Shown: positions 50,983-64,000 of the stretch, piece by piece
Layout: the number at the start of each line of letters is the position of its first letter
Numbering within the stretch: position 1 is the stretch's first letter
Origin: Octopus vulgaris
Taxonomy: Eukaryota
Length of the DNA stretch: 64,000 bases
Assembly (NCBI GenBank): GCA_951406725.2
Contig: OX597818.1
Location: forward strand, 78,864,001-78,928,000
Direction: 5' to 3'
Made by a program: the position numbers and the translations under genes
The notes under the pieces: model-generated
What the model was told of the DNA's origin: nothing
What the model saw: only the letters and a program-made list of their open reading frames with translations
The model's database searches: none

Positions 50983-52065
50983 TAATAATAATAATAATAA
51001 TAATTGGTATAAAAGATGGGCTACAGCAAATATTCTGCTCAATACCACAGATTTGCTTGTCAGTTGTTTGACCTTAACCAGTTGACCATGTCCCTTAGTG
51101 GCTGACGATATGTGCATCTCTGATCACGAGTAGAAGTAGTGGGGGAGCATTATAGCCATGTGTTGAGAGGGATTCTTTGGAGTTTGAATGATTCACCTCT
51201 GGAAACATGGGTGTTTCATTCAACATCTTTAAACAACCCTTAATCAGGGACCTTTTGAGTGAGATGTGTTACCCGACCAGAAGAAAATTCTAACTGGGCC
51301 CCATCTGCAAGGTCATGCGCTGTTCATCTTGTTATGAGATCACCATGTCGCGCACATATGGTTGTGATGCATGTGCCTGGTGTACCCTTATCAGACGGGT
51401 AGTCATGATGGGTATACTGGGCTTCGTATATTTTACCCCAGTATCACTTTGATGGCATGCACTGCTCTCTCACTCAATAATAATAAAAATAATAATAATA
51501 AAGATAATAATGCCCTGATGCAGTACAAGGTGGTGGCTTTCGTGGCTTCTGATCTTAACTGATTGGAAGTGTTATCATGTACGTTGTTTTGTCTTGGTAT
51601 AAAAGACGGGCTACAGCAAATATTCTGCTCATTACAACAGATTTGCTTGTCATTTGTTTGACCTTAACCAGTTGACAATGTCCCTTAGTGGCTGACGATA
51701 TGTGCAACTCTGATCACGGACAAAAGTAGTGGGGGAGCATCATAGCCATGTGTTGAGAGGGATTCTTTGGAGTTTGAATAATTCACCTCTGGAAACATGG
51801 GTGTTTCTTTCAACATCCTCAAACAACCCTTATTCAGGGATCTTTTGAGTGGGATGGGCTACGCGACCAGAAGAACATTCTAACTGGGCCCCACCTACAA
51901 GGTCATGTGCTGTTTATTTTGATATGAGATCACCATGTCGCGCATATATGGTTTTGATGCATGTGCCTGGTGTACCCTTATCAGATGGTTAGTCATGATG
52001 GGTATACTGGGCTTCGTATATTTTACCTCAGTGTCACTTTGATGGCATGCACTGCTCTCTCACGC

Positions 52066-52097
<32 letters not shown>

Positions 52098-52543
52098 GAT
52101 GGGCTACAACAAATATTCTGCTCAATACCACAGTTGTTTGACCGTAACCAGTTGAACATGTCCCTTAGTGGCTGACGATATGTGCATCTGTGATCATGAG
52201 CAGAAGCAGTGGGGGAGCATCATAGCCATGTGTTGAGAGGAATTCTTTGGGATTTGAATAATTCACCTCTGGAAACATGGGTATTTCATTCAATGTCCTC
52301 AAACAACCCTTATTCAGGGACCTTTTGAGCGGGATGGGTTACTCAACCAGAAGAAAATTCCAACTGGGCCCCATCTGCAATGTCATGTGCTGTTTATATT
52401 GATATGAGATCACCATGTCGCGCACATATGGCTGTAATGCATGTGCCTAGTGTACCCTTATTAGACGGGTAGTCATGATGGGTATACTGGGCTTCGTATA
52501 TTTTACCCCAGTGTCACTTTGATGGCATGTACTGCTCTCTCAT

Positions 52544-52545
<2 letters not shown>
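48246..52545 (+). mobile_element. Cluster of five co-oriented ~550-bp non-coding retroposon copies, each ending in (AAT)n
   Basis: Copies at ~48246-48800, 49909-50449, 51004-51475, 51511-52065 and 52096-52545. Common 3' end GCTCTCTCA..(AAT)n; variable 5' truncation. Confidence 0.85.
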
Positions 52546-52601
<56 letters not shown>

Positions 52602-52634
52602 TAACAATAATAATAATAATAATAATAATAATAT

Positions 52635-53125
52635 GAAATAACAGAGAACTGGTATTAGCATGTGCCAAATAAAGTTATGCAGGAGGATGGAAAAGTAAGG
52701 GTACTCTAGGACTATGATTTTTATGACAGATCGTGTAATCGAACACCGTCGATCGGATATTGTCATATTGAATAACAGAGGCAAATACTGGTAGATCATT
52801 GATGTAGCCATACCAAATGACATGAATGTTGAAAAAAATCATCAAATTCTCCGAATTGAAAATAGAAATGGCCAGACCGTATCGAATGCGAGAGGGTAAT
52901 ATAAAAGTGACACCACCGATGATCGGACCGTTGGGCTCAATACCATTGAAACTTCAAAACTTCTTAAGGCAACTGGAAATCCCATGCAAGATTGATGTCT
53001 TGCAAAAAAGCAGCTTTATTGGGCTCAGCGCACATCTCAAGGAAAGTATTATCTGTCTGAGGTCCTTGTTGTGACTTGACAGATGACTAAAGACTTCAGT
53101 GCATTTTACCTACACTGTGTTACGA
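52635..53125 (+). mobile_element. 3' fragment of another R4-like LINE
   Basis: DRVIEHRRSDIV, IDVAIP and IGPLGSIP endonuclease-domain remnants, followed by (AAT)n. Confidence 0.65.
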
Positions 53126-53140
53126 GAAATAATAATAATG

Positions 53141-53171
<31 letters not shown>

Positions 53172-53239
53172 TAATAAAAATATTAATAATGATAATAATA
53201 ATAATAATAATAATAATAATGCTAATAATAATAATAATG

Positions 53240-53358
<119 letters not shown>

Positions 53359-53369
53359 TATAATAATAG

Positions 53370-55445
53370 CCACTAATAGCCGCCACTGAAACAAATAGCA
53401 ATATTACTGAGCTAAATGACTTAGTATATGCAGCAGCCACTGCAGCCACAAAAGAAGCTGGATACTCCCTCAAACCCATCCAAACAGGAGTACCACCACC
53501 TAAACAAACCCTGTGGATAAATAACATAAAAAAATACAAAAAATGAGAAAAGATCTGACGGTTCTTAACGAAATCAGTAGACAATCAACGCTACTAAGCA
53601 ACAAAAAGAAAACAAAAATACTGTGCAAATACAACATCACAGAAAATGATTTACCTGAGATAAAAGAAAAGCTAAAGCAAGATATCCTTGCCAAAACACA
53701 AAGGATCCGCCGGTACGAGAAACGCCAACGTTTCTTTGAACAAAACAAACAGTTCAACTCCGACCCCCAAAAGTTCTACCAAGAACTTGGCAAAAATAAA
53801 ATAGACATCACTGCAGCACCAACTGCAGAAGTGGAAAAATTCTGGAAAGATATATGGTCGGCGAATGAACAGCCAGAAAAAAAGAGTATTAAAACAACAA
53901 ACTTAGCATCTGAGCAACTTTGGACCCCCATAACAACTGAAGAGGTCACCCAGGCACTGCAAAGACTAAGCAACTGGAAGGCACCTGGGAATGACAAGAT
54001 CCCCAACTTATGGTTGAAATATCTAACAGGAATGCACAAAAAGCTGGCTGAAAACTTTAACAACATACTGGAAGAGCCAGAGACAATGCCTGAATGGCTC
54101 ACGAAGGGGAAAACCACCTTAATTCCCAAATCCAACGGGACAGCAAAACTAGAAAACTACAGACCTATAACCTGTCTCCCTACAATGTACAAAGCGTTTA
54201 CTGCAGTAATATCACAACGATTGAACAAGCACCTGGACGAAAACAACCTGTTTCCAGAAGAGCAGAAAGGATGCCGCAAAGGCTCATATGGCTGTAAAGA
54301 TCAACTAATGATCAATAAAGCCATAACTGAAGAGAGCTACAGAAAGAAGAAATGCTTCAGTATGGCCTGGATCGACTACAGAAAGGCGTTTGATAGCATT
54401 CCCCACACATGGATCCTCGAAACACTAGCCATTAACAAAGTAGCACCAACAATTATAAAATACATAGGACACTCTATGAATAAATGGCAGACAGTGCTAC
54501 AGCTCCAAACAAAAGAGGGACTCATGAAAATCAAAGCCATTCCCATTCGAAGAGGAATATTCCAGGGAGACACTGTCTCTCCACTCCTTTTCTGCTTGGC
54601 ACCGTCACCTCTATCGGACATGCTAAACAGAACTGGATGCGAATATAAATGTTACGACAAAACGATCAGCCACCTTTTATATATGGATGACCTAAAACTA
54701 TACGCTGCAAATGAAAAACAGCTGGAAACACTACTAAAGACAGTTCATGGATTTACCAAAGAAATAGATATGAAATTTAGATTAGAAAAATGCGCCAAAG
54801 TAACCATGAAAAGAGGAAAACTAGTTAAGAGTAGCAACATCACACTAGATAAAACCAATGAAATAAAAGAATGAGACCAAAGCCAAACTTACAAATACTT
54901 AGGAATCCATGAACTAGATAAGACACAAAACACACAAATGAAAGAGGGAAAAAAAAGAATATTAGTGACGAGTTAGATCAATACTAAAAACAGAGCTCAA
55001 TGCTAAAAACAAGATAATAGGTATTAACACTTTAGCCATCCCAGTTATAAGTTACAGCTACAATATCCTTAACTGGACACTAAATGAGCTGACCAAAATA
55101 GATAGGAAAACAAGAAAAATAATGACAGGATCTAGGTTGCATCACCCAAAATCTGACTTAGAAAGGCTATATATACAACGTATAGAAGGTGGTAGAGACC
55201 TTATACAGCTGGAAAACTACTATAAAATAACCACCATAGGACTGCAGAAGGAAAGAAAACTAATACAAATAGCGGCAAAACACGAGCAAAACAAAAAACT
55301 GTTCTCAGTATTTAAGGAAGCTGACAAATACAAACAAGAAATCATACCACCTAACAATTATGGAGGAGAAGAAGAAGAAGAAGAAGAAGAAGAAGAAGAA
55401 GAAGAAGAAGAAGAAGAAGAAGAAGAAGAAGAAGAAGAAGAAAAA

Positions 55446-55476
<31 letters not shown>

Positions 55477-56444
55477 AAGAAGAAGAAGAAGAAGAAGAAG
55501 AAGAAGAAGAAGAAGAAACAACAAAAGCTTTAAAACAAATGAAATCCAAACTAAAACTAGAACAGCAACGAACCATGATAAAACGATGGCAAGAAAAGCC
55601 CCTTCATGGCAAATACTGGACTAAACTAAATGCAAAAGAAATAGACAAAGAAAAATCCCAGCAATGGTTGAGAAGCTCAGGACTCAAAACAGAGACAGGG
55701 ATTTTTAATTGCAGCACAAGACCAAAGCCTCCCCACCTGAAATTACCAAAAACATGTAATGAAAAGACATATAACAAGTAACTACAGAATATGTGGAGAT
55801 GGACAAGAAACAATAAATCATATTATCTCTGGCTGCCCAGTCCTGGCTAAGAAGGAATATATTCACATACACGACAGGGTTAGGACCTACATACACTGGA
55901 AGCTATGCCAACATTATGGAATAACAACAGAAAAAAGATGGTATAGGCACACACCAGAAAAGGTCACAGAAAACGAGAAAGCAACCATACTCTGGGATAT
56001 GCCAATACACACAGATAGATAAATTAAGGCGAACAGACCAGATATAGTTGTCAGTAATAATGAAGAAAAAAATGCTTTCTAATTGATGTATCAATACCAG
56101 CAGATGACAACGTTTCTCTAAAAGAAATGGAGAAACTTTCAAAATACAAAGACCTGGAAACTGAGGTAACCAGAATGTGGAATCTAAAAACAGAAACAAT
56201 TCCTATCATAGTAGGTGCATTAGGCATGATAAAAAATGTTCAGACAAATACATAACAAAAGCACCAGGACTTACAAACACATATAACATACAGAAAATTG
56301 CACTACTAGGCACTGCACACATCCTACGCAGAACACTTTCCATACAGTAACCATCAGAGCATCACAACAAATCACTGCACATACCCAAGGCACACAGAGC
56401 TGCGCTCGGTAGTGAAGTGAAAGCACGCTATAAAAATAAAACTA

Positions 56445-56450
<6 letters not shown>
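53370..56450 (+). mobile_element. R4/Dong-clade LINE (RT plus restriction-like endonuclease), 5'-truncated, in (AAT)n
   Basis: WIDYRKAFDSIPH, GIFQGDTVSPLLF, HLLYMDDLKLY; knuckle-like (Y)RICGDGQETINHIISGC; NRPDIV, IDVSIP and KYKDL endonuclease motifs; (AAT)n on both sides. Confidence 0.9.
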
Positions 56451-56528
<78 letters not shown>

Positions 56529-56719
56529 CAAATTTTGAGATGTGGTTGGCAATTTTAGGGGAGGTGACAGTCTATTTACATCAATATCAGTACTCAACTG
56601 GTACTTATTTCATTAACCTCGGTGGGGTTTGAACTCAGAACGCATAAGAATTGTTTTTAATGTATGTAGAAGTTCATAACGCTGGAGATGTACTACTCTG
56701 TCAGCTGTTCACTACAACT

Positions 56720-57147
56720 GAACTAAGGTAATGCCTCTTCTTTTTTGAGCACCTTCCGGAGTATTTCAACGGTTCCAAGAAGCGCTGTTTTCTGCAAATG
56801 CTCTACCCTTATTGCAGCTTTTATTTGTTCCACGTACTTCTCGAGGTTTTTGCTCACTGTTCCCAGGGCTCCGACAATTATTGATACTACTGCTACCTTT
56901 TTCATCGACCACAACAGCTAACCTGACATATCTCTCTCAGCGTATTTTACAAGACTATGTCCGGCTTCCTTTTCTCTATCTCATTTCTATTTTCGACGAT
57001 GCCTTCAGGTTTGTGGTCGTACCAATTTTTTACTCTGTCAAGTCCATACTTGTTGCAGAGTGCCCAAAGACAAGCCTGGCTATATTGTCGTGGCGTCTCT
57101 TATATTCCTTCTCGGCTAGTGGCGTACATAAGAAATATAAGAGACGC

Positions 57148-57150
<3 letters not shown>
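56720..57150 (-). mobile_element. 3' fragment of an R4-like LINE, opposite orientation
   Basis: VVSIIVGALGTVSKNL...LQKTALLGT..ILRKVL, abutting (ATT)n. Confidence 0.7.
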
Positions 57151-57199
<49 letters not shown>

Positions 57200-57540
57200 T
57201 AGCGTTCATAATGAAAAAGAAAGGAAATAATTAAAAAGAATGTTGAACAGTCTGCAACGAATTGAAAGGTTGCATCAATTTTATGTCTAATGTAGAGTTC
57301 GGTAAAGAAGTACGAGTTGAAACGTTAAAAGAAATGAAGGAGTCAAAATATATACAATAGGGAGTATACGAAGATTCATAATAAACAACAACAGTGTTTA
57401 AAAAATTTGAAGCAAAAAAAACTTATAGAAAGAAATATCCGTTGAAAAATAATACAAAATAACTGACTACTAACAAACATAGATCCTACCAAAGACCAGC
57501 AGAAACACTAAAACAAAACTCATCAAACACAATAAATATT

Positions 57541-57937
57541 CTTATCTACTCTAGGCACAAGGCCCGAAATTTTGGGAGAGAGGTCAGTCGTTTAGATCGA
57601 CACCAGTACGCAACTTGTACTTAATTTATCGACCCCGGAAGGATGAAAGGCCAGGTCGACCTCGGTGGAATTTCAACTCAGGATGTAAAGACAGACGAAA
57701 TATCTATTTCTTCACTACCCACAAGGGGCTAAACACAGAGAGGACAAGCAAGGATAGACAAACGGATTATGTCGACTACATCGACCCCAGTGCATAACTG
57801 GTACTTAATTTATCGACTTCGAAAGGATGAAAGGCAAAGTCGACCTCAGCGGGATTTGAACTCAGAACGTAACGGCTGACGAAATACGGCTACGCATTTC
57901 GCCCGGCGTGCTAACGATTCTGCCAACTCGCCGCCTT
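57541..57937 (-). mobile_element. tRNA-derived SINE (family B) with internal duplication and 16-bp TSD
   Basis: Head GGCGGCGAGTTGGCAGAATCGTTAG...GAGTTCAAATC. TSD AAACACAATAAATATT at 57525-57540 and 57938-57953. Related copies near 836-1035, 4485-4650, 5115-5320, 11715-11925, 14480-14687 and 26066-26260. Confidence 0.88.
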
Positions 57938-57959
57938 AAACACAATAAATATTTCTTAC

Positions 57960-58113
57960 CTAAAACCTTTTGTTTTACAAAGTGCTTCTGCTATGTGGTT
58001 AGGCATGGAACGCATTGCTAAAATCGATTTTATGCCACTTATTGTAATATTCACAGTTCCTTTTGTTCCTTCTGAAAGTGAAACTCCGAGCCTATGTGTT
58101 CGGTACACTGAAT
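57960..58113 (-). CDS. Multi-SRCR protein exon: divergent domain 2, N-terminal half
   Basis: Acceptor caAG (an in-phase alternative cAG lies 6 nt downstream), GTAAG donor, phase 1-2. SVYRTHRLGVSLSEGTKGTVNITISGIKSILAMRSMPNHIAEALCKTKGF ends in the SRCR-like A-x-x-x-C-x-x-x-G-F. Confidence 0.7.
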
Positions 58114-59183
58114 CTTGAAAGAAAATCATGAAAAAAAAAAGAACTCAATTGAGTAATTTATTAAATATAGTTAAATTAGAAATATTTTAATAGGTTTTCT
58201 GGCGTGGAGAATAAGTGTATGATCTGTCAAATTAGTTATAATCATTTAACTATAGTGATGACAAACATAAATGTTTACCTGTGATGCAGTTACGACGTGG
58301 TTGTATAGTTACGTAAAGTTACATGGAAAATTTAGATATGCCTTGCTCTTGGTTATCGATTCTCTTTGGATGGTAATTTCTAAGACTCTTTTATTTATAT
58401 GGAGCTTATAAAGAAGTTGAAAGACCAGAAGAGAAATGGAATTATATTCACTCTCAATGGATCAGCAAACAGTAGTATGTGTTTCCTTACAATAAAGATG
58501 TTACGTATTTCAGCGGTGAAATATCTTGTTTATCCAAATGTATCATTTATCATTTGTATCTCGAGGGAGGCATTATGACAATATTAAGAAAACACACTGA
58601 GTCAATTTCACTACTTATTTTAAACTTGGTAACTTATTTAACGAATTAACTAATCAATAGTTTGATCGATTGTTAGGTCAGTTAATAAATCAGCTAGGCT
58701 CAAGTTGATCAAAGTCCTTTCTTCACCATTCGCGACTGGTTAAAGGTCTGTTTCTGTCAGCCTTATTGTCTGTCTCTGAAGACGTTTTAACGAACGAGTC
58801 CAAATGAAGAATCGTGCAAGCCAAATACAAATGCGAATAATTTATCAAGCAATACAACAAAGATAGAAGAGAGATACACGTCTCTCATGAATTCAAACCA
58901 GCCACCATTTTTTAGTTCCTATTTGACTCAGTATCACCTCAGCTAGGCCTGATATCATTCACCACATTTCTTCTAGTTGTTATCATATACAACCTTTCTG
59001 TCGGGTCAAAACGTTATATATTGGCAGCATAACATTTCTGAAAGCTTCTACATAAGCTACACATAAAATTTAATAAAACTTTTACATGAATTAGAAATCA
59101 GATTTGAAACGTCACTTCATGTTTGAGCAATGGATTAAATATTTAAAATAATCGCTCTTCCTCCCTCTGTCTCCTTTTTCTCA

Positions 59184-59256
<73 letters not shown>

Positions 59257-59504
59257 AATTTATATATCTGTCTCTACTGATATCAATATATGAATACATA
59301 TACACATACATACAAACATACATAGGTATATATATATATATATATATAAAATTATGTACCAAACTAATATATATATCCATATATATACATATATTTATAC
59401 ATATATATATATATACATATATATACATATTATATATATAAATATGTATGCATATATGTCATATATATATATATACACTTATACATACACGCACACGCAC
59501 ACGC

Positions 59505-59582
<78 letters not shown>

Positions 59583-59584
59583 TG

Positions 59585-61480
59585 TTGTATTTCGGGACGG
59601 TCATTTTCTTTGACAAATATTGTCCTGAAATCTTTCGTCACACGTCTATGATCTCTTCATACTTTCCGTACTCGTGTGTGCTCCTGCTTCTGTTAGTCCG
59701 TTCTGTTCTTCTATGATCTGTACCTTTATACGTGCATGCGTTTGCGTCTTTAAGTGTGTGTGTGTGTGTACATGTGTGTATGTGTTTGTACATGTGTGGT
59801 GTGTTGTGTCGTCGTTCTTAGCAGCATTATGACCCTCTCCTCATCCCCATCCCCTTCCCTGTTTCCGCTGCTGCTGCCCTTGAACCCGACTTTTGATACC
59901 GTTCCTGTATCTCTCTGTTAGTGTGTTTGTCCACGCTGCTGCCATCGTAGTTGCTGCTGCCGCTATTGTTGTCGTTGTTGGCCACCTTGTTGATTTGTTG
60001 CGGCCGTTTGTGAAGTTACTGTATGTGTGTTTGTGTGTATCTCTGGGTTCGCTTACTATGTCGTTTATATCCGTGCCCTTTATGCGTCTTTTTATTCATC
60101 TCTATTTCTTATATTTATCATAGACATGTGCATATTTATCTATTGTGAGTGTATTACACTGTTTGTAACTGTTTAGCTTTCCTTTCTGTCTGTAATCGTC
60201 ATGTTGTGTGGTGTGGTGGTAGATGTTCATTTTCCATTCGTGTTTACTGTTCAGGGTCGGTCTGTCTATTGTTATGTGTGTAGCCGCTGTGATCTGTCTA
60301 AGTATTGTGTCAATTCTATGCGTTGATAATACCTTAATCTCTATACTATTAACCGAGCCTCTATGTTCTGCTTGAGCATGTTTCTAGAGCACTGACGCGC
60401 TTTTCTCTTCTTTGAGCTCCCGCCAGTGTTCACCTATACACTCCCCAATGCTGCGTGCTGCCTCTTCAATGTAAGTAGTTGTCATGTTTCTGCATCGTCC
60501 CTCAGTACACCGTAAGCTATATGCTATATTCCTAACCTTACAGTTAACCTGTGGGTTCATCGTACATACTATACAATTGTTCTCCGTACGTGGGGACCTA
60601 CCGAAGGGATAAGTTCTATACATCATGGATTTTTATGGTGGTGGTGGTGGTGGGGTCTAGGCCTTTCTACTATTTTAATCCGTAGACTAGCCTTATCTAA
60701 TGCTTTTCTATTCACCTCCAGAGATAGCATCAACGAACATTACGCTGATAGTTTTTGTTGGCCTTCTTTATCTTTTTTCTGGTCCTTTCTGTGTTCTTCC
60801 ATGATCTACCCCAGTATAGAGGCTAGAGTTCCTCTCTATGATGGCTTTGTACTTAGCCCTGGCTCCTTTGTACACTCTAATCCTGCCCCTTTGGTTGTAA
60901 CCAAAGAACTGCATGCTGTGGAAGAAGTTGTATATATCTTTGTATGTGTCTTTCCAATTCTATAGGCTCGTGCTTGCGAGACACATTCCTCACCACTCTC
61001 GCCAAGTCTCCTATAAGAATATTGAACTTGGCGTTCTTCGCAATAGTTGCGTTCTTGTGGACCAGGTATTTAGAGGCCATGGTTTTAGCATAATAGGAGT
61101 AAAGGATCTGGACCTTACACTTCTTGTTTTCCACCCAGATTTCTGTGTCTAAAACCGGTAGCCTATAACTCGGGTGCTTGTTAGAGTAGTCTATTGTTAG
61201 TTTAATACTCTGGTGGATGGAGTTAGCTATATGCTGGATGCTCTCCACAGTGTTAGCTCCTAGATCATCAACATTGTCTTGTAGCAGTGTTTTAGCTACT
61301 ATGTTGATATCATCCACATACCGGGAGTACACGGTTAGGGTTATGGAGTTCTTTGTTAACTTATCTTTGAGTTTCCTATCCTACCATACCGTAAATATGT
61401 TTGCCACATCGCCAGCGTTACTGACACCGATGGCTGCACCTTCCTCTTGGATGTATGTCTTGTTGTGGCCTTGAAACACA
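59585..61480 (-). mobile_element. Decayed Penelope-like element (RT plus GIY-YIG nuclease)
   Basis: YIQEEGAAIG..., RYVDDI and LPVLD (RT); C..C...C...NIAYSLRC...YIEE..RSIG..IGEH (GIY-YIG-like). Confidence 0.8.
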
Positions 61481-62081
61481 AACTCAGAAACAGGGCTGAA
61501 ACATATAAAAGAATAAAGGAACACACACATTTCCTGACTATCTGCTCCGTCCTCCTCATCCCCTTTTCTGAACTTTGTCATCTATTTGGCGAAGAGCCAT
61601 ACTAGAAACGTCATGTCTACTATTTCTCCATCTAAAACTTCCACTGGGTGTTAATTTAATATATTCACTGTGTACGTGTTGTTGACTTTTGTTGTTTTTT
61701 GTTGTTTTTTGTTCATGCGTTTGTCTATATATGCACATACACACACACATATGCAATAAACGGCAGTGTGCGCAACAAATAAATGTAGTCAAAACTGAAG
61801 CGAAACGACACATAAAGGAATTAATGAAAAAGGACACCATGAAATATGTCACGTCAGTCAAGGGAAGCGGAATGAGTGTGGTCCAAGTTCTAAGTTCATA
61901 GATTAGGAAACAGAACATTGTTTTCATGGATAAATTATTGTATGCAAGCTAATTCTTAACACGAACACTAAGGTTTTCAGAATGAGAAATCCTAAACTCA
62001 AGTACAACTTGATTCTGAAAAAGTTCTATGTTAGGAAATATTGCTGCCCTAAACGCATTGATTTGTTATAGGCTTAATTAC

Positions 62082-62248
62082 TTGGTGAGCAGCTGATTCT
62101 GACATAGGAGTTTGTAGGGCAAATTTGGTCAGTCCAGTCGGAATGGGAACATTGGTCGATATAAGATTCTCGTCCTGAACATTGAACATTCTGAAGCCAA
62201 GTTTTTGTTGAATACTTTGAGGTCGATCCTTCTAATGTTATTCCGGAT
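62082..62248 (-). CDS. Multi-SRCR protein exon: domain 1, C-terminal half
   Basis: tttcAG/GTAATT, phase 2-1. SGITLEGSTSKYSTKTWLQNVQCSGRESYIDQCSHSDWTDQICPTNSYVRISCSP (W-L-x-N-V-x-C-x-G-x-E motif). Confidence 0.9.
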
Positions 62249-62298
62249 CTGAAAAAAGTACAATGTAATGAGAGAATTAGTTTTTACTAGATTCAAAG

Positions 62299-62551
62299 AT
62301 GGATTGGTGCATAATTATTGCGGGTTTTTTTTCAACAAAAATTTTATTCAACAAAACAATAACAACATGTAACAAAACCATCTTTAAATGATTATTCCGG
62401 AACATATTCACCATGTGCTTCAATTACTGCTTCCCATTTGCTTGGCAGACGGTCAGAGCATCATTTAAAGATGTTTTTGTTAAATATTGTTATTGTTTTT
62501 GTTGAATAAAATTTGTTGGAAAAAACCCAATAATAATGCGCCAACCCAATA
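62299..62551. mobile_element. Mariner-derived MITE/foldback
   Basis: ~90-bp inverted arms with a mariner-like terminus (TATTGGGTTGGCGCAT..) around a short spacer. Confidence 0.65.
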
Positions 62552-62951
62552 GATGTAGAATAGGAAATACAAATAGAAATAAACTAACTAACTAACTTGC
62601 GGAAGAAGAATACGGAAAGAATAAACTGAGATACTTCTATGGAGATATTAATGTGGTCGATGTTCAGTTTAGTAATATGTAGATCAATACTTGTTGGAGA
62701 AACGTGGTTGTGATGAGGCCCGGGGTCTGTACTGAAAACTAGCCACATAATGAATTCTGTTAAAGGCATCCAAAGCCCACGTGGTAGTGTTAAACAATGT
62801 GTGTGGGTGCGTGGGTGTATTCATTCTACAATCATACATATGCCTATATATATACATATAAAACATTTCCCTTATTTCTGTTGCCTGGGTTATATTTTAC
62901 CTCTAATATAAGTGTTATATTTGGAATATAGTACAATGTAAAAGCGCTTAC

Positions 62952-63075
62952 GTGTATCCAAGTTCCTGACAGAAAATAATCGTATTTTCTATGTTCCAGT
63001 TATTGTCGCATATACCTCCCCACTCTCCGTTATAGAATACTTCGGCATGGCCATTAGAAATGAAACGCTTTGGCA
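62952..63075 (-). CDS. Multi-SRCR protein (DMBT1/scavenger receptor-like), exon: SRCR domain 1, N-terminal half
   Basis: ttcAG acceptor, GTAAG donor, phase 1-2. Translates PKRFISNGHAEVFYNGEWGGICDNNWNIENTIIFCQELGY (SRCR E-V-x4-W-G-x-x-C-D motif). Confidence 0.9.
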
Positions 63076-64000
63076 CTGAATTACAAATAAAGAATTTTCA
63101 TTGCGACATTTTAATAAATCAAAAGACAAGAGTGCAAGAATTTTCCAACTTTCATATGAAAATGGTTCAGTAATACATATTCTGTAAATGTCAATTGTAA
63201 AATCAATTATAAAGTTTTTAAAAATAACTTTTGTCATTTAAAAATATAATAGCTTCATATTAGGCAAACCTCCATCCAGAAATAATTGAGTCGAAGGTGT
63301 GAGAGCGAGGATGTAATCAATAGGAACTCCACGGTATCATTTATATCATTGATGCTGTAAGGGTGAAAAGCAAAGCCGATCTCAACACGATTTCAACTTA
63401 GATCGCAAAGGTCCATGACTAAATTAATCGCTTCTAAAAACAAATTAATGTTAGATTAACAATTATATTTTTTACTAAGTTAACCCTTTCTCAATTGACA
63501 AAGATCGAGGGTGAATTGGATGATATTATGTTCGAGTATCCATAGCAAATTCTAGATTTTAAGCTACAGTATTTCATGAAGCTATTCTGCCGGGAAAATT
63601 CAACTCTTTGTTGTATGGTAACGGATTATAAACAATTCCAGTAACAATACTGTTAGTTCAACAAAGATTTATTTTACATTTATGCTTTCAAGAAGTGATG
63701 GTCAATTCCTTTCCGACGTATTAATGATATTAGTGAAATGGTACCAGGTTGAGATCAAAACTCATCTAAATATGACCTGGTTAGAGCATAGTGCTGTAAT
63801 CTATCGTTCGTCTGTAAATCTTGAATAGTAACTGAGGAAAACGAGGCATTCGTTATTTTAACGCTGTTGTTATTTCTTGGGGGCAATGAGGGATAAAGTG
63901 AAATTTAATGTCTTAAAACATCATCGCTTGAATAGCAAGAAACTAACCTCAGATTTTTCAGTGGTCAACTCTAATAACTAGGAGGATTTGCTTTTGTTTG

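Noticed and set aside
48698-52155. Repeated short ORFs starting MCLVYPY
   Set aside because: They arise from the 3' end of the 550-bp non-coding repeat running into (AAT)n; no protein-like features.
58279-58379. AG...GTAAAC-bounded candidate exon on the minus strand
   Set aside because: Stop codons in all three frames.
59615-59670. Hammerhead-like motif at the end of the Penelope remnant
   Set aside because: The core and stem I are too degraded to call from sequence alone.

Overview
AT-rich, microsatellite-dense animal genomic DNA. The SINE families and repeat content resemble an octopus (cephalopod) genome; this is inference. The whole window lies inside one minus-strand, intron-rich gene that the ORF track largely misses. 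I read 19 exons with canonical AG acceptors and GT donors (the last exon runs off the window edge) and consistent phases (1-2-1), encoding at least 10 tandem group-A-type SRCR domains (DMBT1/scavenger-receptor-like). The introns are packed with mobile elements: several Helitrons, mariner/maT and hAT remnants, RTE, CR1-group and R4/Dong LINEs, Penelope-like elements with hammerhead-ribozyme motifs, and several SINE families. The most unusual items are: (1) a 4.6-kb composite Helitron (41294-45867) carrying captured host-gene pieces, namely an intron-free FBXL2/FBXL20 LRR segment and a carboxylesterase/neuroligin-like C-terminus with a TM helix; (2) a 2.1-kb ORF1-only zinc-knuckle retroelement inserted with a 14-bp TSD into a SINE head; (3) a tRNA-headed, hammerhead-bearing element inserted as a foldback with a 12-bp TSD; (4) a nest of (AAT)n-associated retroposons beside an R4/Dong LINE. 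All coordinates were read by eye and may be off by a few bases.
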